Source of the DNA: a virus
Lineage: Duplodnaviria > Caudoviricetes
Length of the DNA stretch: 64,000 nucleotides
Direction: 5' to 3' (one strand)
IMG/VR virus record: IMGVR_UViG_3300018430_000021
Span: 160,001 to 224,000 of that record
Shown here: positions 50,881-56,582 of the stretch, one piece after another
Layout: each line of letters begins with the position of its first letter
How positions within the stretch are numbered: position 1 is the first letter of the stretch
The notes under the pieces: model-generated
Databases searched by the model: none
What the model saw: only the letters and a program-made list of their open reading frames with translations
What the model was told of the DNA's origin: nothing
Position numbers and translations under genes: made by a program

Positions 50881-50944
50881 ATATTAAATATAGTTTTCGC
50901 CGTAATTTATTCGTAAAAAGCCAGTGATATAAATCACTATAAAG

Positions 50945-51109
50945 TATGTAAGCCGTGAATATGTCCGTGTCACCCTATCCTTAGTAGCCGAGTCCACGAA
51001 TCTCCGCCGGGGTGTAACTACCTCCCCAACTGCTTTATTAACCACGTGAATAATTGCGCTTTCGGCGCCAGCGCCCTATCGGACCACAGACATATTCACG
51101 ACTTACATA
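50945..51109 (-). ncRNA. Structured ncRNA of unknown family (~165 nt)
   Basis: 25-bp terminal stem with G-U pairs only on the minus strand. Own TTGACA-17-TATATT promoter at 51113-51141 and a downstream hairpin plus T-run. Confidence 0.8.
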
Positions 51110-51144
51110 TACAATATAGTAATTTTTTATCCTCTTGTCAACCC

Positions 51145-51912
51145 TTAATCTTCGTCTTCGCCATCAACATTGAAATAATGTTCATAGGCTTCGTCGATGT
51201 TCTTAATGCCGAGATCCTTAAGACTTGGAATAGGAAGTTCATAAAATTCATCCTTCTTCGCGTCATATCCGGTAATCGAAATACCGTCAATCTTGAATCG
51301 GTTGCACGGTTCATAGAAGAAACCATGAAGATAAAATTCCAAAAAATCTTGAAGTGATCCAAGATTATACCATGCGCCATCATAATCAGAAAGGTCATCA
51401 TAGTGTTCAAGAATTGCCAGCTTGATTAGCTCTTCAACGCTTGGCTCGCCATCCTGTTGACTTGAAACCGTAATACAGTCAGCATCACGTTGGTCAATAT
51501 CGAATGTGACGACATAGTAAGATTTCTTCTTCTTGACAGTCTTCTTGAAAGAATCGATACCGGAAGGAATCTTTGATTCATCAAATTCGGGTCTACCCGC
51601 TACAAGCTTGATAGCTGCAATATTTTGAGAGCCGAATCTAAATTTTCTTGTATCATTGCCGTTTTTTACTTCGAACTTCGTACAGTATTCACCAAGACCG
51701 CTTACATATTCTTCATAAACTCTGGTAATTTCGCCGGTAAATGGTTCATTGAGATACTTTGTAATTCCATCACGATTGTAAGTATAAACGGAAACGGTGT
51801 CACCGCGTCTTACCTTTTTAACATCGGGCAAAGATTCGTCGATTTCCGGGGCGACAATTTCTGGTGTTTGTTTTGCAAGGATAGAGTTAAGCATTTCTTC
51901 TTTTGTAGGCAT
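51145..51912 (-). CDS. Hypothetical protein
   Basis: 255 aa, AGGAG SD. Confidence 0.65.
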   Translation of the reverse strand: MPTKEEMLNSILAKQTPEIVAPEIDESLPDVKKVRRGDTVSVYTYNRDGITKYLNEPFTGEITRVYEEYVSGLGEYCTKFEVKNGNDTRKFRFGSQNIAAIKLVAGRPEFDESKIPSGIDSFKKTVKKKKSYYVVTFDIDQRDADCITVSSQQDGEPSVEELIKLAILEHYDDLSDYDGAWYNLGSLQDFLEFYLHGFFYEPCNRFKIDGISITGYDAKKDEFYELPIPSLKDLGIKNIDEAYEHYFNVDGEDED

Positions 51913-51926
51913 TATTTGTTCTCCTA

Positions 51927-52691
51927 TTAGCCAAATCTTTTACGGATTGCCGCTTTTTCTACTTTGGTCTGCTTGATACCAAGTTCTTCGCACTTTTCAG
52001 CATCGTTAATAATACGGTCGTAGATTTGACGAGGCGTAGCGTGCATATCCAAATCGTAATCCTTCGGGTGTGCTTCATAATACGGGATAACGAACTTTTC
52101 CACGAATTCTTTTTTATATAACTTATTAATTTCTTTTTTACGCTGATCAATGACCTTACATGCCTGTGCGCGGGTCATACGTTTTCCGTCGACCCACATT
52201 TCATCCATCGGGTCGTCGACATCCTGCATAAGATACTTTTGAACTTCTTTAAGAATCTTAGGACCGTAATTCAACAGATAGAAATAAGAAAAATAGAAAT
52301 GCTTGTCATAACCAAATTCTACGTTAGCACTCTGAGATTGTGCAACGTTTTCATAAGGAATACCAAGTGCAATAGGACATGATAAGGAAAAACGATAAGA
52401 CTTGTATTCATCGCTCGCCCATAGATGAATACAGGCATCACGCCATGAACCTGTATAACATTCGTTATAAAGAGAATTAGCCGTATGCCAGCCGTGTACT
52501 TTTTTAATTTTTGTTTCCGGTAAAAGCAGATAAGCTTCAGCGCCGATATTCTTGAAAGGACAGGCATCATCAAGATGACAATCGGCATATCGATAGTTGC
52601 TGAATTGCTCTTTATTACCATACCCATGTTTGAGAGGCATTATATCTTTAAAAGCTTCGTTGAGTCTTTCAAATGATTTAGTAAAATCCAT
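51927..52691 (-). CDS. Hypothetical protein
   Basis: 254 aa, AAGGA SD, promoter at 52714-52743. Confidence 0.65.
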   Translation of the reverse strand: MDFTKSFERLNEAFKDIMPLKHGYGNKEQFSNYRYADCHLDDACPFKNIGAEAYLLLPETKIKKVHGWHTANSLYNECYTGSWRDACIHLWASDEYKSYRFSLSCPIALGIPYENVAQSQSANVEFGYDKHFYFSYFYLLNYGPKILKEVQKYLMQDVDDPMDEMWVDGKRMTRAQACKVIDQRKKEINKLYKKEFVEKFVIPYYEAHPKDYDLDMHATPRQIYDRIINDAEKCEELGIKQTKVEKAAIRKRFG

Positions 52692-52745
52692 TATGTTTTT
52701 CCTTTTTTATCATAATATAAAAAAAAGAGTTGACTTTCGTCAACC

Positions 52746-53699
52746 CTATAATGTGTAAGTCTTTGCTGAGCCCTTGCCGGTAAAATATACCATACGGTGT
52801 CGCTTATAGGTATTACCGTCTTTACCTTTCCAGCTCGGAGGATAAATCAACTGTGCAAGAGAAATATCATTCTTACCCTTGTTTATACTATCCTTCATTA
52901 TCCACTTGTCCATAAAATATTCAGAAAAACGTCCTTTATTGAATTTGAGTTCGGCCAGGACTTCTTTCTTGTTTTTCTCGATAGCCTTGGCCAGATAGAA
53001 CAGACTTCCACCGGCCGCATATTCAAGATGCAACATTCCTTTGATAGTAGACTTGTCCATGTGTGAAAGAACTTCAGGATCTATCTGTTTCAGTTTCTTG
53101 ATATAATATCGCTTGATAGTTCGGTCAATGTCCTTAGCGGACGTCTCGTCAAGAATCCACTGCGACCAGACAGATTCCAAATCGGTACGCCCGATAGACC
53201 ACCTGATAATATCTTCGATAGTGCCTTTAAACCTTTCACCGCTGTTCTTGTTTACGATAACGATAGGCTTATCATACTTGATAACTTTCTGCATCATGAA
53301 AGCGGTATTGCCGCCGCCGAAATTAAGCCCGCTCGGATTACTTTTTCCGTCCATCTTGTTGTGATAGAAAGAATTGATATTTCCTTCCTTGATGCCGATG
53401 GAACCGTTATAGATTTCGCTTTCGAAGAAGTTATCGAAAACGTCCTGAGTAATCTTTGTCTGGCCGAGAAGACCTTCACGAGGACGTTCTTTCGTTTCCA
53501 TCATGATACTGTGTTTCTTTTCGGTTTCAGGTACGTAATGATACTTGTATTCGAGCATGCAGTAACAACCGAGGAACATTAGACCTGGTAAGATTTCCAT
53601 GACGAAAAACTTTACAACGGCCCAAGGCTTTCTCTTCAGCCAGTACCAAGTGTAAAGGATTGTACATACCAAAAATAATATTAAGAATGTTATAATCAT
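52746..53699 (-). CDS. Membrane-anchored hypothetical protein
   Basis: Two N-terminal TM segments. Promoter at 53710-53738. Confidence 0.65.
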   Translation of the reverse strand: MIITFLILFLVCTILYTWYWLKRKPWAVVKFFVMEILPGLMFLGCYCMLEYKYHYVPETEKKHSIMMETKERPREGLLGQTKITQDVFDNFFESEIYNGSIGIKEGNINSFYHNKMDGKSNPSGLNFGGGNTAFMMQKVIKYDKPIVIVNKNSGERFKGTIEDIIRWSIGRTDLESVWSQWILDETSAKDIDRTIKRYYIKKLKQIDPEVLSHMDKSTIKGMLHLEYAAGGSLFYLAKAIEKNKKEVLAELKFNKGRFSEYFMDKWIMKDSINKGKNDISLAQLIYPPSWKGKDGNTYKRHRMVYFTGKGSAKTYTL

Positions 53700-53715
53700 T
53701 TCGGCCTATAATATA

Positions 53716-53742
53716 GAAAAAGAGTTGACTTTTGTCAACCCT
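53716..53742 (-). terminator. Terminator of tRNA operon overlapping -35 box of next promoter
   Basis: AGGGTTGACAAAAGTCAACTCTTTTT on the minus strand. Confidence 0.75.
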
Positions 53743-53747
53743 TATAG

Positions 53748-53829
53748 CGGAAGATGAGTGACTCGAACACCCAAGCCATGACGGCGGCAACGTTCGAAAT
53801 TGCTGGCTTACCAATTAGCCTAATCTTCC
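53748..53829 (-). tRNA. tRNA-Ser(CGA)
   Basis: GGAAGAT/ATCTTCC acceptor, GCAAT-TTCGAAC-GTTGC anticodon arm, long V arm, TTCGAGT T loop. Confidence 0.9.
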
Positions 53830-53834
53830 ATTAG

Positions 53835-53926
53835 AAGAGGTGGTAGGATTCGAACCCACGGCCCGGGATGATTACCGGATCACTGGAGTTCAAATCCAGC
53901 GCCATAAACCGCTCGGCCACACCTCC
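53835..53926 (-). tRNA. tRNA-Ser(TGA)
   Basis: GGAGGTG/CACCTCT acceptor, CTGGA-TTTGAAC-TCCAG anticodon arm, long V arm, TTCGAAT T loop. Confidence 0.9.
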
Positions 53927-53935
53927 GAAATTTAG

Positions 53936-54021
53936 CTGAGGATGAAAGACTCGAACTTTCAAGCAGATTACTCCACGGCGGCCTTCCAAGCCACTCCCTT
54001 ACCAATTAGGGTTAATCCTCA
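53936..54021 (-). tRNA. tRNA-Ser(GGA)
   Basis: TGAGGAT/ATCCTCA acceptor, GTGGC-TTGGAAG-GCCGC anticodon arm, long V arm. Confidence 0.9.
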
Positions 54022-54025
54022 AAAT

Positions 54026-54184
54026 GAATACATGCAATGTTTTATACTGACGAGACTCGAACTCGCTTCATACGAATTGTAATTGGCATTTGCAAGAGTA
54101 TCTACCAATAAACGTACCCTTTCCTGATACTTTCGGACGCACGTTCTCTCCTACCTTGATCCAATATAGAGCACGCACATATTC
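54026..54184 (-). ncRNA. tRNA-mimic ncRNA (acceptor-like stem + T arm, large insert, extended closing stem)
   Basis: TATATTG/CAGTATA stem stacked on GCGAG-TTCGAGT-CTCGT. Outer stem GAATATGTGC/GCATGTATTC. Confidence 0.6.
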
Positions 54185-54188
54185 TTAG

Positions 54189-54265
54189 TCGGCAACATAG
54201 GACTTGAACCTACATGTAACCATTTACTCTTTCTACGCCTTATCAGAGCGAGGAGATAGATGCCG
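54189..54265 (-). tRNA. Non-canonical tRNA-Ile(GAT)-like RNA, copy 1
   Basis: Acceptor CGGCATC/GTTGCCG, CGCT-CTGATAA-GGCG anticodon arm, GTAGG-TTCAAGT-CCTAT T arm. No D arm in the normal position. Confidence 0.7.
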
Positions 54266-54276
54266 ATAATATTTAG

Positions 54277-54353
54277 TCGGTATCATAGGAATTGAACCTA
54301 CATGCAACCAATTACCCTTTCGACGCCTTATCAGAGCGAGGGGATAGATACCG
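54277..54353 (-). tRNA. Non-canonical tRNA-Ile(GAT)-like RNA, copy 2
   Basis: Acceptor CGGTATC/GATACCG, same anticodon arm, GTAGG-TTCAATT-CCTAT T arm. Covaries with copy 1. Confidence 0.7.
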
Positions 54354-54420
54354 ATAGATATTGACATTTTTCAGTGATCCAGTTATTGGCTTAGATATGT
54401 CCAATGTCAATAATTTTTAG

Positions 54421-54494
54421 TCCCGGAGGTTGGGCTCGAACCAACGACCTTTTGATTATGATTCAAACGCTCTAACCAGCTGAGCTACTCCGGG
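54421..54494 (-). tRNA. tRNA(CAT): elongator Met or Ile2
   Basis: CCCGGAG/CTCCGGG acceptor, GCTC D stem, TTTGA-ATCATAA-TCAAA anticodon arm, TTCGAGC T loop. Confidence 0.9.
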
Positions 54495-54497
54495 AAA

Positions 54498-54559
54498 ATA
54501 GCGAGAAGTATATATTACGGATTTAAAGTCCGTTTTTATATAGGAACTTCTTTTGCTAT
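54498..54559 (-). ncRNA. Conserved-stem hairpin RNA A
   Basis: ATAGCAAAAGAAGTTCCTAT...ACTTCTCGCTAT with apical ACGGA-CTTTAAA-TCCGT. Confidence 0.55.
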
Positions 54560-54569
54560 TAAACTTTTT

Positions 54570-54656
54570 ATAGCGGGATGTAATCGCCATACGGCTTCGG
54601 ATTTGAACCGATAAGGCATGTGAGCCTATTACCAAAATAGGAACATCCTATGCTAT
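54570..54656 (-). ncRNA. Conserved-stem RNA B with T-arm-like hairpin
   Basis: ATAGCATAGGATGTTCCTAT...ACATCCCGCTAT, containing TCGG-TTCAAAT-CCGA. Confidence 0.55.
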
Positions 54657-54660
54657 GTAG

Positions 54661-54750
54661 AGCTATCTGCAGGATTCGAACCTGCGACGGGGATTTTATC
54701 CACAGCGGAGTTGCAGTCCGCTACCTTCGACCGCTCGGTTACAAGACAGC
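54661..54750 (-). tRNA. tRNA-Cys(GCA) with long variable arm
   Basis: GCTGTCT/AGATAGC acceptor, U73, GCGGA-CTGCAAC-TCCGC anticodon arm, GGAT-AAA-ATCC V arm, GCAGG-TTCGAAT-CCTGC T arm. Confidence 0.85.
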
Positions 54751-54761
54751 TTAATTTTAAA

Positions 54762-54885
54762 TTCCACCGCGTGCTTTTACCGAAGAGCCCGCGAAAACTT
54801 CAGTGGCCTACCACCTTGTTGTTTCATACTAAACACGACCGCTGTTTTAAGGCCGCAGCCTTTTTCGCACAGCGTCACGGCGAAC
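54762..54885 (-). ncRNA. GC-rich structured ncRNA of unknown family
   Basis: Nested stems TTCGCCGTG/CGCGGTGGA and GCGAAAA/TTTTCGC enclosing three hairpins. Confidence 0.5.
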
Positions 54886-54893
54886 TATTTTCG

Positions 54894-54980
54894 TGCTAGC
54901 TAAGGGAGTCGAACCCCTGTTGTTAACTCGTAAGAGACGTGATCTACAGTCACGCGCAATCGCCACTCTGCCAAACTAGC
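54894..54980 (-). tRNA. tRNA-Tyr(GTA)
   Basis: GCTAGTT/AGCTAGC acceptor, CGTGA-CTGTAGA-TCACG anticodon arm, long V arm. Confidence 0.88.
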
Positions 54981-54987
54981 ATTTTAG

Positions 54988-55072
54988 TGACAGCGGTAGG
55001 ACTCGAACCTACGGAAGCTCGTTAGAGCGGGAGGGTTACAGCCTCCAGGAATTGCCGCTATCCGACACTGCC
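54988..55072 (-). tRNA. tRNA-Tyr(GTA)
   Basis: GGCAGTG/CGCTGTC acceptor, GGAGG-CTGTAAC-CCTCC anticodon arm, long V arm. Confidence 0.9.
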
Positions 55073-55151
55073 AAATATCGGGCTTTCACCGATTGCCCGA
55101 ACAAACGATCCTATACAACATACGTCTCAAGGGTCTGTTCGATCATATAAT

Positions 55152-55310
55152 AAAAAAATAAAAGCGTCACTTTTCGGTGACGCCTTGAAACTCTATAAAT
55201 GAGTATTCTTGGTGTCACCCACCAGTCTTAATAATATACATGCCATAGATTGAGGATGTGGAGCATCCGCAAATCGAAGAACATTAATATGTATATAACT
55301 GGTGAGTCAT
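55152..55310 (-). promoter_or_regulatory. Leader-peptide transcription attenuator upstream of tRNA operon
   Basis: SD AAAGGA and ATG at 55310. Helix 1:2 (55307-55297 with 55227-55217), antiterminator 2:3 (55219-55211 with 55184-55176), terminator 3:4 GCGTCAC-CGAAAA-GTGACGC plus U tract. Confidence 0.75.
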
Positions 55311-55380
55311 TGCTTTTATCCTTTTAATATTATATATAAAAAATTTTTTGTGTTTTTTGCTTTTTGTTTTAACGTTGTTA

Positions 55381-55413
55381 AATATAGTAAATTGTGTTGT
55401 ACTTGTAAACCCC
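55381..55413 (-). promoter_or_regulatory. Early sigma70-like promoter of leader/tRNA operon
   Basis: GGGGTTTACA-17 nt-TATATT. The same consensus recurs at 38935, 46048, 51113, 52714, 53710, 58928, 60684, 61664 and 62798. Confidence 0.8.
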
Positions 55414-55415
55414 TT

Positions 55416-55655
55416 TTAGAAAAAATTTTTTTCTTCCGAGTTTTTCCCTCTGATTCGGAACCACAAGAATACGACACTGCCAAGCATTATGACACCATGA
55501 ACCAGACATCCGGTGAAGTGTATTATCGACATGGAACCTTTGTGTGGACCTACAACTTCATAAAGATGTTGGTAGTTAAAAATAAACATACCGACATTGA
55601 ATATTATATAGGCCAATACGCCGAGCATCACATAAATCTTTTCTTCTTTCATCAC
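55416..55655 (-). CDS. Small two-TM membrane protein
   Basis: Two hydrophobic segments. Start overlaps the upstream stop codon. Confidence 0.55.
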   Translation of the reverse strand: MMKEEKIYVMLGVLAYIIFNVGMFIFNYQHLYEVVGPHKGSMSIIHFTGCLVHGVIMLGSVVFLWFRIRGKNSEEKNFF

Positions 55656-56461
55656 CAGCTCTCCTCATAGAGTAATACTTCGCACGGCATGCGATCTTCG
55701 TCTCGCCATTTCTTGAATCGTTCCAAGTATGTTTTGATACTGTCAAAATACCAGTAATCATAATGTAAATTACCGAAGAAAAATCCAGGACGTGACGGAA
55801 GATATTTCGCAGCTGCTTCGTTTTGATCTTGCGTAGCAGTCCAGTTGTTATGCCAGTCTACAGCTTCTGGAATATACCAACCTTCGTCGTTAGTTTCTGG
55901 TTTGTTGAATGTTTCTGCGAACGTCTTGAATTCGCCAGCGGCCATAATCTTTTCCATACGGTCGATAATGTCGTTGACATGCTGAAGAGTCAGAATCGCT
56001 AATCCGTCTTCAAGAATTTTGTTATCATAACCAGATTCAACATGCAGCCTTTCAGGAAACGAGTTATAGACATATTGAAGCATCCAGTTCTTTTTTCTCA
56101 TGTATAAAGGTTGATATTGACCTTCATAAGTAAAGCCAATTTCCTTTTTGAGAGACTCATAACGGTTTTCAACATATTCCCAGCCTGAAAGGTCAATGGG
56201 ATTCATGAAATCCTTAATGTCATAGTTAGGTTCGTTGGTACGGTCAAAGTCATAGTCGATACCTTGTTCATTTTTCTCTTCCATGATTTTACATTGTTCG
56301 TTATACCACTTGTTCCATTTCTTACTGGCTTTGTCAAGCGGCTCGCGATACTTTTCACCATAGGCGTTATAGGCAATATCATATTGCTTACTTGCATCGA
56401 GAAATTCTTCGGCTTTTTCTTTCGACGATACCCGATAAAAATAAATGTCTAAACCCATCAT
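55652..56461 (-). CDS. Conserved phage hypothetical (MGLD...Y.SW family)
   Basis: MGLDIY...YMRKKNW...LPSRPGFFFG...YDYWYF...YEESW. GGAGG SD. Confidence 0.7.
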   Translation of the reverse strand: MMGLDIYFYRVSSKEKAEEFLDASKQYDIAYNAYGEKYREPLDKASKKWNKWYNEQCKIMEEKNEQGIDYDFDRTNEPNYDIKDFMNPIDLSGWEYVENRYESLKKEIGFTYEGQYQPLYMRKKNWMLQYVYNSFPERLHVESGYDNKILEDGLAILTLQHVNDIIDRMEKIMAAGEFKTFAETFNKPETNDEGWYIPEAVDWHNNWTATQDQNEAAAKYLPSRPGFFFGNLHYDYWYFDSIKTYLERFKKWRDEDRMPCEVLLYEESW

Positions 56462-56582
56462 TCCTCCGATGGATATTCGTTTCTTATAGTTTCGAATTCG
56501 CGTTGTTGTTTTTCAACATCTACACGTTCGAACTTTACGCCTTCGCCTAATTCTTCTTTAGTTTCTTCGTCCATAAAACCTC

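Noticed and set aside
50945-51109. Retron msr-msd or 6S RNA assignment
   Set aside because: No RT is adjacent, and the interior is multibranched rather than a 6S rod with central bubble; left unassigned.
54762-54885. c-di-GMP-I riboswitch or hammerhead ribozyme
   Set aside because: Only fragmentary resemblance (GGCCTTAAAA, CTGAAG, GAAAC); the complete conserved cores are absent.
54711-55670. Plus-strand ORFs 54711-54899 and 55302-55670
   Set aside because: Antisense to RNA genes, the promoter and a real membrane gene.
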